Positions 26,547-38,801 are shown, counted from the first letter of the stretch. The stretch: DNA of 55,315 nt from Octopus bimaculoides (GCF_001194135.2 NC_068986.1:55910601-55965915); one strand, 5' to 3'. Notes: generated by a model not told the origin, from the letters alone. A program made the numbers and translations.

Positions 26547-26585
26547 GAGGTTTTAATGTTGTGTTCATTGCATCAGGCATGTTAT
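26547..26585 (-). CDS. Lectin exon I, 39-nt linker micro-exon: (D)NMPDAMNTTLKP
   Basis: Long polypyrimidine tract ending CTCTAG, donor C|GTGAGT; phase 1 to 1, 3n length; found by splice signals only, not by domain homology. Confidence 0.7.
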
Positions 26586-27869
26586 CTAGAGATTTTAAAA
26601 AGGAAGAGAGAAAGAAAATCCTTGTTAGTTGTTACCAAATATTTACAACAGATATCACATTACATATATATAGACATACATATTGGTTCCTTGATTATCC
26701 GGTATAGGAATGGATGTAGCTTTGTTGTTTCAGTTGTTGCTTCATTTTATATTCAAATTTTTTATTGTCTTATGCTTATTTCGTCATTAACAACACTACA
26801 TCAAGAGTTTAGTGGCATTGGAATTATTAGTTTAGATAACATCTAATCAGTAAGTTATGGTGGACTTGTGACATACATACATACATGTTACCCATCTTCA
26901 GTTGTCCCTGCTCCAACTACTCTCCATTTCGAAGGCAAGGACAATACGCGACTTCGTTGGAGCAGTCCTTCCCGCAAGCAAATTAATTAAAATTTGGACA
27001 TTTTTGCGGTGGGTGAAAATGCAAACAACAACAGGGCAGTGAGAAGAAGACAGTAAAAACAAGACAGGACTGTGACAACAAACTTTAAGGGCTGTTAGGC
27101 CAAGACGATAGAAAAATTATTATTTTTTTGAATGCGAAGTTAGATGTGAATGAGAGAGAAAAAAATTCACGGCTTTTCTGTAGGAAGGCAGGAAGTAGAA
27201 AGAAAGAATTCCTTTCGTCACGTGTCAGCGAAGAGAGGGTCAAGGAGAAGTGAGAGAGGGAACAGTGAAAGGAAGAGAAGAATTGGGGAGGGTTGGGGGA
27301 GAAAAATAGAAAGGATGAAGAACAAGAGAGGGAGAGAGATAGAGACAGGGAAGTGACAACAATAGTAGAATGCACAGTAGAAAATATAATAAAACTTACT
27401 TGGAGGCAATGCGTGGCATTCAATCATATAATAACATAAATAATATATAATTATATGCATATATCCATACATATATGTACATACCGACATCTATATGTAT
27501 ACATACAAGCATATATGAGTACAGGACATCACAAAAAACGTTAAACACAATGAGAAATGAAAACAAAGACGAGGACAGAAAACGAACATTTTTTCGAACA
27601 ATGAAAAAAACCCCAGAGAAATGAGACATGCAACATAAAGGATATTACTCATCTTCAGCAGGGACTGGGGCTCTGGACCACTGCTTTGATGGGTTTTAGT
27701 TAAATGAATTAACCCCAGTAATTTTTTTAAAGCTTGGTATTTATTCCATTGGCATCCTTTGCTGAACCATTAAGTAACAAAGATGTAAAAAAACCGACAC
27801 TGGTTGTCAAGTGGTGGTGAGGGACACACACACACACACACTAATCAATAAAGCTATTTGTCTGTCTGT

Positions 27870-28385
27870 GTATATTCTTTTATTCTCTTGTTTCAGTTAT
27901 TTTGGCTGTGGCCATGTTGGAGCACTGCCTTAAAGGGTTTTTTTTAGTTGAAGAAATCAACCCCAGTACTTATTCTTTGTAAACATGGTACTTATTCTAT
28001 TGAGCTCTTTTGCTAAACTGCTAAGTTACAGGGATATAAATACACCAACATTCGTTGTCAAGTGATGAGTGGGGGTACAAACACAAACACAAAGACACAT
28101 ACACATATATATGTGATGGGCTTCTTTCAGTTTCAATTTACCAAATCCACTCACAAGGCTTACGTTGGCCCAAGGCTATTGTGGGATAAAACCAGGAACC
28201 ATGTGGTTTGAGCCATGGCTGTGCCTAGATTTCTTTCAGTTTACATTTACCAAATCTACTCAGGTTTTGATTGGCCTCTGGCTGTTGTAGAAGACATTTG
28301 CCCAAGGTGGAATGCAATGGGACTGAACTTGGAACCAAGCAGTTGGGGAGCAAACTTCTTATCACATAGCTATGCCTGTGTCTGT
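27870..28385 (-). mobile_element. Two adjacent reverse SINE family A copies
   Basis: TTTCAGTTT..ACCAAATC.ACTCA block occurs twice (28125 and 28234). Confidence 0.75.
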
Positions 28386-29774
28386 ATAAGTAATAAAATC
28401 TAAAAAAATGTTTGACAAGTGACACAAAATCACAAAATATAGTAGATAAAATCAAGCTTAATAACTTAGATCATTAAAAGATAAAAACTCAAATTGGCCT
28501 TGGTGGGATTTGACTCCAAAATTTAAAGAAAATTAACTAAATACCATATACAATGTGGAAATTGTATTTCAGGAGACACAAGGTTACAAATTTGAGGCAT
28601 GGGTTTTGTGTATTAAATTGACCTCAGAATGTGGTACTACTATGATATTGCCATGAAATTTCAAACATTTTGATATCATAGTCAATCATATCAACCTCAG
28701 TCCTTGACTTGTACTTTATTCTATTGATCATTGAACAAATAAAAGACAAAGTCAATCACAATAGTATTTGAACTTAGACTGTAGGGTGTAACTAAATACT
28801 GCAAGTAATAACTTTCTAATTTAGGTAGGAAAGTATAATTTTAAGGAAATGAGATTAGTTGATAAACTACTGGTTTTAGTATTAGACTGGTGCATTATTT
28901 TATTGAAGATGAAAGGCAAAGTTGACCTCAGAGGGATTTAAACTCAACATGTAAAGAGCTTGCTGGGTTGCTGTGCTTGAGAAGACAATGTCAAGCTAAG
29001 TAAAACTGTGGCCATCCATACATACAGGCATGTTTTGTACATCCCTCTCACAGCCAAGAGGTTCCTGTCCTGAGGGTTTGCAGATGCTGGTGTCACATAA
29101 AAAGCACCTGTGCCAGTGCCACATTAAAGCATGCTTGCAACAGTGCCACATAAGAGCACCCATGCCAGTGCCACATAACAGTGCCCATGACATAGACACA
29201 TACCAGTACCTGTACCAGTGTCACATATCAGCGCCCATGCCACTACTATGTAAAAAGCATCTAGTACACTCTGTGAAGTGATTGGTGTTAGGCAGGGCAT
29301 CAAACCACAGAAACTTTGCCAAAATAAACCTTTAGAATCTGGGCAGCTCCTGTCAAACTGTCCAACCCATGCTAGCATATAATCCAGTCATATCCGGTCC
29401 AAATATTTTACCTGTTTTATGTTAAAACTGGCCAAATCCAATTTCTCAAACATACCCCACAATATCATTCTAAAACTATACAAACACCCTATTAAAATCT
29501 TGAAGCTACAAAATAGTGCATGATTAATTGAAAACAAAGTGAATAAATAAGCAATACATTTGACAAAGAAATCTGAATTCTAATGGGCTAAATGATGATG
29601 ATTCAAATGGTTCTGACAAAAAATATTGATTTCTGTCATAGCTACAGACATGGCTATGTGGTTCAGAAGTTTGCAGTAAAACTACATAGCTTTAAGTTCA
29701 TAGTCACTGCACTAGATCTTAAGTGAGTGTCTTCTAGTGTAGCCCCATGTTGATCAATGCCTTGTGAATCGAAT

Positions 29775-30056
29775 CAGTGGACAGGTGCCCCTGGACTGGC
29801 TCCTGTGCAGGTGGCACATAAAATACACCATTTTGAGCGTGGCTACTGCCAGTACCGCCTGACTGGCCTTCGTGCCGATGGCACGTAAAAGCACCCACTA
29901 CACTCTCGGAGTGGTTGGCATTAGGAAGGGCATCCAGCTGTAGAAACTCTGCAAAATCAGACTGGAGCCTGGTGTAGCCATCTGGTTCACCAGTCCTCAG
30001 TCAAATCGTCCAACCCATGCTAGCATGGAAGGCGGACGTTAAACGATGATGATGAA
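29775..30056 (+). mobile_element. 5'-truncated RTE 3'-UTR copy
   Basis: Shares AGGAAGGGCATCCAGCTGTAGAAAC and CCAACCCATGCTAGCATGGAA..GGACGTTAAACGATGATGATG with the end of the 21.8-kb RTE. Confidence 0.85.
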
Positions 30057-30720
30057 TCTTGATTTTTCAAAGTCATTCTATTTCTTTCACTTATTCAATA
30101 GTCACAATTCTAATATTCTTTTAATTCACTTAATATTTTATCGAGCACTTCATAGCAGTTTTGCCTCATTTTTGCATGATTTAAGATGTTTTATACAACA
30201 TACATTTATAATGTTCATTTTGGGGCTGTTAATTTAAAGAAGTTTTAAGGAATAACAACTTATTAATGGAGAGGACTCAATGTTAAAAGAAGAGTCAGAA
30301 AATGGTTGAATAAACTGTTAGACAAAACTTGAAGTTGTAGTCAAAACTGATTTTATAAAGTGTGTGTGTGTGTGTGTGTAAGTAATTTGTAGATCCATTA
30401 GAGTATTGGACAGGTTACTTTGTGGCAATCACTCTGGCTCTCTGTGCTCTGAATTCAGATCCCACTGAGGTCAACCTTGCCCTTTATCCCTTTGGTGTCA
30501 ATAAATAAACAACCAGTCTTGTACTAGGGTTTATTCTTCTCTTTCTCTAACTCTTTCTTTCTGTCAATCATTTTCTTCTATCTAAGAAACTGGCTGTGGT
30601 TAAAACCTGCAGAGGGATGGGTTCCTCCAGATCAAAAATACCCAAGGCATACCATATGTCCTAAATGGGCCCTGCAACTCCATCAAGGAATTAAGGGTCC
30701 ATAGTATAACCTAACATGGA

Positions 30721-30775
<55 letters not shown>

Positions 30776-31356
30776 CACTGGTTTCAATAGAGATTGATAA
30801 AATAAGTAAACAACTTTTAAATAAGTACTGAGGTCAATGTAATCAATTAAAAGACACTGAAAATACTCCAGAATAATCGCAATTCAATGTTTGAAGCTGA
30901 TAAAAGACTAGATAGACGTCCACTATTTTACGATTTTAGGGGTAAGAGTTATAATTGATTATAACAAACTCAGTGTACTTGGTTAGTACTTTAGACTCAG
31001 AAGGTTGGAGAAAATGCCTAGCAGTATTTAGTCCATCCATTTCAAGGTTCTAAGTTGTAATGCTACCATACTTAATTCAGCCTTTTATCCTTCCTTGGAT
31101 CATTAAAATAAAATGCCTGAGAAGTATAGCAGTTGACATAATCAACTGTTTCTTTCCTCCAAATTTGAGATCTTATGCCTATAAAAGAAATTGTAATTTT
31201 TTTGTGCATGTGTGACTGGGGACTGTTACTGCTGCCATCTACAGTTGCTTTTAGTTTAAGAGGAGTGAGAGAGAGAGAGATAGGGGGTTGGAAGAGATAG
31301 AGAGAGCATCTACTAAGAAATATGAGACAGTGAAGATTTCCTTAAAGTGTTTATAA

Positions 31357-31405
<49 letters not shown>

Positions 31406-31751
31406 GAGAAGTCTTTTTCTTGTGGGTGAGAGAACATGAAATAATATTCTCATTTAATCTTTTTTTTTTAAGTGTCCTAGTAGTTGTAGATAATGCTATT
31501 TCGCCCTTCTTATGGGCTCCTCAGTACAACATAACTTTGGATCATGAAATTAATTGGTCTATGTTCATTTAAAACCTATATATGATCAATTTTCTTTCTT
31601 TCTGTTTATTTTTTCTTACTCTCTTAACAGTGGAGGAAAAGAGTGAAGAGATAGAGACAGGGAAATGTAAGCCATTTATAATTATCATGATTGTAACACC
31701 CTCATTGGTATTTGTCAGTAAGAATTTTGATATCATAAAAATTTATATTAC

Positions 31752-31905
31752 CAGCCAACCTTTGACACACAAATGGAAAGCTCCTTTGACAATCGAAATC
31801 TGACCAATAACCAGCTGTAGGTATGAGAGAACTAGCTACACAATTTTCATGAGATTCCACATTGTCTGGTTCTCCTGGATACCAATGGGCAAAATGTGAG
31901 TCAAG
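31752..31905 (-). CDS. Lectin exon H (CTLD-2 C-part): LDSHFAHWYPGEPDNVESHENCVASSLIPTAGYWSDFDCQRSFPFVCQRLA
   Basis: CCCACAG acceptor, G|GTAATA donor; 154 nt, phase 0 to 1; W.PGEPD...ENC...WSD..C...FVC. Confidence 0.93.
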
Positions 31906-32276
31906 CTGTGGGTTACAAAAAATTGTATAAATTTAAATAAATATTATTGTGGACAAAACTGAATAAATTAAACAAAATTCAATATATGAAAATAACTGCA
32001 ATTCTAGAACATGACTGGGTGAACAAAAAAATAAAGTAAATTATTCCACTGTCTTTAAAAGGTGAAGGTTTTATTCTTTAGTATCAAGAAGTTCCAGCTG
32101 TGACAATGCCATCTTTCCATATAGTGTTAAAGAATAATTAGGTGCGGTCGATTTCGGGAAGATGGAGAGGCTATTCCTGTCAGTTCAAATCACTGTTTAG
32201 AACATTGATGTTGAACCGCCCCAGCCTTTTTCTTAAAAATCCTATCAAATTCTCATTGAATAGGGTTGATCTAAAG

Positions 32277-32546
32277 CAGGGGTTCCCAACCTAGGAAAAA
32301 CTTTTGCCCAAGCAGTGTGAAATGGCATTTCAGTGGGAAAATATATGCTTTATTAAAATCACTCTTCAGAATAAAATTACCTAACTCTTGAAAAAAAAAA
32401 CAAACAGAAACTTTATTACTCTATGTACATATATTTAACTATTAAATATATGATTTTTGCAATGATATGTTTGTGCGGATCTGGATTCAGTTTTCTTGCC
32501 AAACATTTTCTAGCGATCTGGGATATAGAAATGTTTTGAACTTCTG
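32277..32546. mobile_element. Old hAT-type MITE
   Basis: Left end CAGGGGTTCCCAACCT; right end reverse complement CAGAAGTTCAAAACAT (11/16 match); degenerate 8-bp TSD ATCTAAAG/ATTTAAGG. Confidence 0.5.
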
Positions 32547-32985
32547 ATTTAAGGTCATAATGTCCTCAATAAATGACCCTGATTTTGATGATAATAATGA
32601 TGATAATATGTCAGTTTCATGAATATATATATTTCTTGGTTTTATTCAAATGCTTATATGCAACCTTTTCATAACATGATACTGCAAGGAGATTTTTTTC
32701 TTCCAGGTTAACTTGTTAGGGTTTGGGCAATGACTTTTCCATTTTGTATGCTGGGACTATGTGACAGTTTAAATTGCAGGAGATTGTACGTTCCACTCCT
32801 TAATGTAAAGTTACCCCATATAAGCAACTTTGATCTGTCATCCAAATGTTCATTTCCTTAAAATTATATGTGCTGTTCAACAACTAAATATTTAATGCAG
32901 TTCTATAATTAAGAGATGAGGAATTATGTACATTATTTACAATATTTACATTTGACGGATATTTGTCCTCATCTTGTTTGTTGTT

Positions 32986-33031
32986 AACACAACGTTTCAG
33001 CTGATATACCCACCAGCCTTCATCAGGTGTC
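32986..33031 (-). ncRNA. Minimal type I hammerhead ribozyme motif
   Basis: GACAC-CUGAUGA-A-GGCUG[loop]CAGCU-GAAA-CG-U-U-GUGUU: stem I GACAC/GUGUU, stem II GGCUG/CAGCU, palindromic AACGUU in place of stem III, GUU triplet. Confidence 0.65.
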
Positions 33032-33078
33032 TTGGGGAAATTTCGAACCTGGGTTCTCATTCCTAGGGTATTTTTTGA

Positions 33079-33115
<37 letters not shown>

Positions 33116-33119
<4 letters not shown>

Positions 33120-33190
33120 TCACTACCTGGAATCGAACTTGGAATCTTGGGGTTAGTTGCCAGCACTCTTAACAAATACGCCATATGCCC
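33116..33190 (-). ncRNA. tRNA-derived Pol III head (degenerate, not a functional tRNA)
   Basis: 75 nt GGGCATATGGCGTATTTGTTAAG...AGTTCGATTCCAGGTAGTGACCTG; A-box-like TGGCGTATTTG (33183-33173), B-box GTTCGATTCC (33138-33129); stems imperfect. Confidence 0.7.
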
Positions 33191-33208
33191 AGTTCGAAAT
33201 TTCCCCAA

Positions 33209-33255
33209 GACACCTGATGAATGCTGGAGGGTATATCAACTGAAATGTTGCGTTA
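33209..33255 (+). ncRNA. Degenerate inverted hammerhead copy
   Basis: CTGATGA at 33214-33220 and GAAA at 33242-33245 retained, but stem II (ATGCTG/CAACT), the palindrome (AATGTT) and stem I are mutated. Confidence 0.45.
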
Positions 33256-34076
33256 ACAACAAACAAGATGTCGACAAATATCCGTCAAATGTAAATAATG
33301 TACTAAATATTTAGATGTCTCATATGGTGTCTGTTTGTAGAAAGAGTATTTCTTACAAATTAAACTAAATATGTCAGTTATATATTGTTGCTTTTGTTTA
33401 GTCACAGGCTGACCTTGTCAAGATAGACATATGAAATATAACACAATTTGAACATACTAACATCACGTTTATGTATTGGTAATCATTTCTACTTTTTTGG
33501 TGTGTATTATTACATCAGTGTAAGCACCTGTTTGCATTATACACAATATTGCATTGTCCATCCACTGAATTTTTGAAACAGCTGTAAAGGTTTCTCATAG
33601 ACTATATTTCTTCTTTGCTATTTATGTTCATGTTTATGTATATGTAACATCTTTTATGAGTGATTTAATGCCATATATAAGTGCTTATCAATCTTTTGTC
33701 TCATTATTACCTGCTTGAGCTATACGTTTCTTATAACCAACTCTTGTTCCATTGGACTAAATATTACCTTGATTAGGACATTAGACTTTAAGATTCTGAA
33801 TTAGTCCAAGCATTAATCCAGTGTACATCTATTCTATGCTTTGGGTAAATGTGTGTGTGTGTGTGTGTGTGTATTCACGCACACATAGTATGTATTGTTA
33901 TTTTAGTTGTTGAGGTTGAAGGAGTAGCCATGCTCTTTATAGGTCCACCTACACCAGTGAGACAGATGCTTTAATGTGCCTCTTGAATCTTTATAAGTAT
34001 TGAAATGCATCAAATTATATTATTATCTTGTTTCTCGAAATAAATCTTCAAGAAATGATGGTGTCTACTTGCTTTT

Positions 34077-34109
<33 letters not shown>

Positions 34110-34118
34110 ATACATACA

Positions 34119-34314
34119 TGAGGGAGTGCTGAAAAGTTCCTAGCTTTGACTAAAAGAAAATACAGGGGGATCAGTTAATTATAATCTTGTTCAACGTATT
34201 CCCCTCTCAGATTCACACACTTATTGCAGTGGTCCTTCCGTTTTTCTAAGCCCTGTAAAAGAGCTTGGAAGATTTGCGATACCCTAAAGCTAGGAACTTT
34301 TCAGTAAAACCTCG
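34119..34314 (-). mobile_element. Mariner-derived MITE (~196 bp)
   Basis: TIRs TGAGGGAGTGCTGAAAAGTTCCTAGCTTT / reverse complement CGAGGTTTTACTGAAAAGTTCCTAGCTTT; retains a transposase C-terminal piece (CNKCVNLRGEYVE-like). Confidence 0.85.
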
Positions 34315-34390
34315 TGTATGTATGTATGTATGTATGTATGTATGTATGTATGTATGTATGTATGTATGTATATGCATGCATATATAATGT

Positions 34391-34628
34391 AAAAACACCA
34401 CTTGAGTGTGGCTGTTGCCAGTACCGCCTGACTGGCCGCTTTGCCGGTGGCACGTAACAGCACCCACTACACTCTCGGAGTGGTTGGTGTTAGGAAGGGC
34501 ATCCAGCTGTAGAAACTCTGCCAGATCAGATTGGAGCCTGGTGCAGCCATCTGGTTCACCAGTCGTCAGTTAAATCATCCAACCCATGCTAGCATGGAAA
34601 GCGGACGTTAAACGATGATGATGATGAT
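34391..34628 (+). mobile_element. 5'-truncated RTE 3'-UTR copy
   Basis: Closely similar to 29830-30056; related copies at 28985-29377 (+), 14129-14281 (-) and 21553-21608 (+). Confidence 0.85.
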
Positions 34629-35035
34629 ATATATAAAGGGGCAAACACACATACACACACACACATACACATTATGGAGGCACAATGACTGAAAAGATAA
34701 CCCATCATCTGACTCATTCCATCTGTGAATAGTGTAAATAGTGTACCATTAGAGATGTTTCACAAGCCTGCATTGCTCATTTCAAATCTTATTGTCTTGA
34801 ACAAAAAAAAACAGGAAGATGTTCTGGCAATGGGCATCAAAACAATAGTCTTCAGACGTTTCAGTGAATTTTAGTAAGTGTGTCTGGACTAGGCTTGGAT
34901 TACAGACTAAGTTTAATTAATAAATTGTTTCCAATAGTCTTCGATATGATCAAACTCATGAACGTCAAGCTCAAGCGTCCAACTACTTAACCATCGAGAA
35001 TTCCTCGACTACATACAAACATACATACATATAAT

Positions 35036-36232
35036 AGGCACAGGAGTGGTTGTGTAGTAAGAAGTTGTTTCCCTACCACATGGTTCTGAGTTCAGTCCCA
35101 CTGAGTAGCACCTTGGGCAACTGTCATTTTTACTATAGCCTTGGGCTGACCAAAACCTTGTGAGCATATCTATTAGATGGAAACTGAAAGAAGTCCTTCA
35201 TATATACGAGATCTGATCAATAAGTATCCGGACTATTGCCATAGTAACAAAGCTAAAGCACGCTTGACAAAGAGTGGCCTTGAACTCTGCTGTGCACGCG
35301 CACCAAGTTTTAACATTCTAACTCACTTTCGCTGTATACAGCAGTGCTTGAAAGGAAGGTATGTAACGTGTGATCGTCGAATTGACCATGACAGAGAAAG
35401 TTGACATGGCGACACCTGTTCAGAGGCCTGCGCAAAGTTGCAGAAAGTGTATGGAGAGGTGTGTATGAGTCGCACATAAGTGTACGAGGGGTTCAAACGT
35501 TTCCAAGATGACCAAAAACATATCCATATTGACGAACGTTCTGGGAGACCATCAAGCAGCAGAACTGAGAAAAACATCGTAGAGGTGCTTGCACCTTCGA
35601 GAAGAAATCGAATCACCATCCGTGAGTTATCAGAGGATGTGCAGATTAGTTACGGTTCAGTTCAGTCCATTATCACTGAAGATTTGGGCAGGAGACGTTT
35701 GTTTGCCAAGTTTGTGCCAAAACTTCTTTCAGCTGACCAAAAAGACAGTCGGGTTTCCGTTTCACAAGATCTTATTGATTGTATCAAGAACGATGAAAAC
35801 TTTTTCAAAACTTCGTGATGACATCTGAGCCAGCATCGTCAGGCTTTTGACAAAATTTGATGCATATTCTCTGCTCAACTTTCTGTCATGGTCAATGCGA
35901 CAATCACACGCTACACACCTCTCTTCCAAGCTGAGTTAGAATGTTAAATCTTAGTGTGCAGACATGGCAGAGTTTAAGGTCAATCTATGCCAAGTAGCTT
36001 TACACTGCGTGCTTTAGCTTCGTTACTATGGCAACAGTCCAGATACTTATTGATCAGACTACGTATATGTGTATGTGTGTGCGCTTGCACCCCCATCGCT
36101 TTAGCGGTTCGACAAAAGAAAACGATAGAATAAATACTAGGCTTTAAAAATAAGTAATGGGATTGATTCATTCGGCTAAAAATTCAAGGCAGTGACCCAG
36201 TATAGCTGCAGTTTAATGACTAAAACAAGATT
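35036..36232 (+). mobile_element. SINE family A split by the mariner insertion (35036-35204 and 36064-36232)
   Basis: Head precedes and tail follows the mariner, which sits in the internal (TA)n. Confidence 0.8.
35207..36063 (+). mobile_element. Mariner deletion derivative with two left ends, nested in a SINE
   Basis: TA TSDs at 35205-6 and 36064-5; TIR CGAGATCTGATCAATAAGTATCCGGACT; transposase N-half (ORF 35480..35818, RSGRP...FVPKLL) stops before the catalytic DDD; ~35813-36063 is an inverted copy of the left ~200+ bp. Confidence 0.9.
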
Positions 36233-37485
36233 ATATATNNNNNNNNNNNNNNNNNNNNNNNNNNNNNNNNNNNNNNNNNNNNNNNNNNNNNNNNNNNNNN
36301 NNNNNNNNNNNAGAGAGAGAGATAGAGAGAGAGAGAGAGAGCTACGCATATACCTCTCATGATACTGTTCTTTGTGGACACTAATTAGTATGATGTTAAA
36401 ATGGGTGAAATCATTAAAAACTAATCAAGGCATGCCGTTTTGTTTCTAGAAATAAATGTTAAAAAATGATAGCCTATTAACTTTTAGATGTGTGTGTGTG
36501 TGTGTGTGTGTATGTGTGCGTGTTCGCGGGCACACACACACACACACAAGAAATGTGATATAACCTTAAAAATCCCAGTTATTTGACATACATTTTTGGT
36601 AATCCGTTATTTAAGAAAATATAGGTTACCAAAGTTATATGATATAATTCCTTACCATCAGTGTAATTTGATAAGCAAAAAATTAATCCCAATAGGAATC
36701 CTAAAGGTCAAAATATGGTTTAAAAAAATAGAGTGGAAAAGGAATTCCTTAAATTGACTCTAACGAACTTGGAATAGAAATACATTTGAAGGATTATCTA
36801 AATGCTAGTTGAGGGATTACAAACTGATAGCAGAAAACAAAACAACAAAATTTTTTTTAGCCGATGATGGAACCTCCACGTAGTGGATAGACTTCTTAGA
36901 ATTATTAGCCAATTCTCCCTAAAATCAAACCCATTTTACATTAAAAATTTGGAGGATAATGTAATCTTAGATACCACAGAAAGCAAATTGCCAGAGTCGC
37001 CAGAGCGTTGGATAGTGCCTTGTGATATTTGCTTGATGCACAGTATTCTATCTTGCTAAGGTCAACTTTGCATTTCCTCTTCTGGAGGTTGATAAAATAC
37101 CTGCCCAGGATGTGGACTGGCCGAATTGGTAGAGTTTTGGACAGGATACCTTACAGTAACTGTTTGAGTTCTGATGACAACACTGTTCCTCTATCGGTAC
37201 TTGTCTAGCCTCCCCTCGGACACCATCGGTGGTGTTGAGCTGTGTGTGTAGTGGGGAAGACTGTTAGTCATCAATAACAACCTTGCCCAGTCCTGTGGTT
37301 TTTGATTATTGGTTGGTTCAATTACAATTGACCATGGAGTAAGCAAGAAAATGTTGCAACATTCTCAACACAGTGTATTTTTTGGAGAATACATCAAAAT
37401 CTATTTGAACCAGTTGACACATTTCCTTGTGTAATTTATACTTCGGCATAACGAAAATAAAACCATCATTTTTTAAAACCTTACC

Positions 37486-37642
37486 AGGCGTGGCTGTGTG
37501 GTAAGACGCTTGCTTCCCAACCACATGGTTCCGGGTTCAGTGCCACTGCGTGGCACCACGGGCAAGTGTCTTCTACTATAGTCTCGGGCCGACCAAAACC
37601 TTGTGAGTGGATCTGGTAAACGGAAACTGAAAGAGACCCTTC

Positions 37643-37698
<56 letters not shown>

Positions 37699-37903
37699 GT
37701 GTGTGTGTGTTTGTTCCCCCTATCACCGCTTGACAACCGGTGTTAGTGTGTTTACGTCCCCGTAACTTAGCGGTTCGGCATAGTAGCCGACAAAATAAGT
37801 ATTAGGCTTTAAAAAAGTCCTGGGGTAACATTGTTCAACTAAAACTCTTCAAGGTGGTGCTCTAGCCTGGCCACAATCAAATGACTGAAACAAGTAAAAG
37901 AAT
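37486..37903 (+). mobile_element. SINE family A
   Basis: Colinear with 7686-8100. Confidence 0.88.
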
Positions 37904-38801
37904 AGCTCATACTGTTATTGTTAATTTGTTGTCAGCTCAGGTCGGACAGGCCTTGTGATGAAAAGCGTTCCAGGATTGTCCTGACGTTTCTTTTTACAGG
38001 AATCAAATATAGACTACAAAATTGTTTTAGATATCTTTAAGAAAGTATACTGTAGATTGAAGATTTGGATGATATTCCTAATGTGGAAGCAACGAATTGC
38101 TGGGAATGCGGTAGAAAGGAATCCTTTTGCACTTCACACTCGCTTTCGCAGCTCACCAAACGTTTAGGGGAAGAGGACAGTTAACTATATTGAATCTCAG
38201 CACATAGCTATTCCTTTATTTTATCTACCTCGGAAAAGGGAGAAGAAAAAGTTTGTTGTGATGTGGTTTGAGTACTTAACATAAGCAGTCGGAAAAAAAC
38301 ACAATCAGAAATTTTACCCGAAGATCTAATGATTCTGCTAATTCACCAAAAGTCATAACAAGAGCATATCATAAGTTCTTGAAGGAAAATAAATATAACA
38401 TCTTGTGTAATATTAATTTTATTAACCTGGGATGGAATAAACGAAGCTGACCCCGGTGGAATTTGAAGATAGAAGAACAAAATCAAATGTACAATATTTA
38501 TCTTCGCCATGAGAGTTGTTACAGAAAGTACATAAATTTCTCTTTTTCTTCCAAAAAAATGATTCTCTACATCCTAAAACTAAAATATATATCCCCTGTA
38601 CTTCACTGTATTTTTTTTTCTTTTCATTTTGCTTTATTTGTACCTGATAATTTTTCATTTAGTCTGACACCGTATTACCCCGCTCATCTTCACCTTAGAG
38701 ATTAATGATTGAGAACAGAGTTTGAATCACTATCCGGGTTTGATTGACCCTTACCAGCTGATCTGTTTATTGAAAAATAAGTTATTTTATTATATACATA
38801 C

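Larger units (their letters stand above)
32897..33303 (-). mobile_element. Non-coding retroelement: tRNA-like head + (AAT)n + hammerhead-bearing tail, with an inverted copy of the tail at its 5' side
   Basis: Inverted arms 32943-33048 and 33192-33297 (106 nt each); tRNA-like segment 33190-33116; (AAT)n at 33081-33115. Confidence 0.8.

Noticed and set aside
26885-27660. Repeat with CATCTTCAG at both ends and TTTCG nearby (hammerhead-like pieces on the minus strand)
   Set aside because: GAAA precedes CUGAAGA, stem I/III pairing and a valid NUH site do not line up, and I cannot build a credible ribozyme. Left as an unclassified repeat.
33116-33190. Functional tRNA gene
   Set aside because: Acceptor, D and T stems are broken, and it is followed by (AAT)n and a repeat tail. 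Treated as a SINE head.
36490-36550. (TG)n facing (CA)n hairpins (also ~26280-26320 and ~52420-52490)
   Set aside because: Expected by chance at this microsatellite density; no evidence of function.
37151-37200. CTGATGA heptamer
   Set aside because: No downstream stem II/GAAA; chance match.
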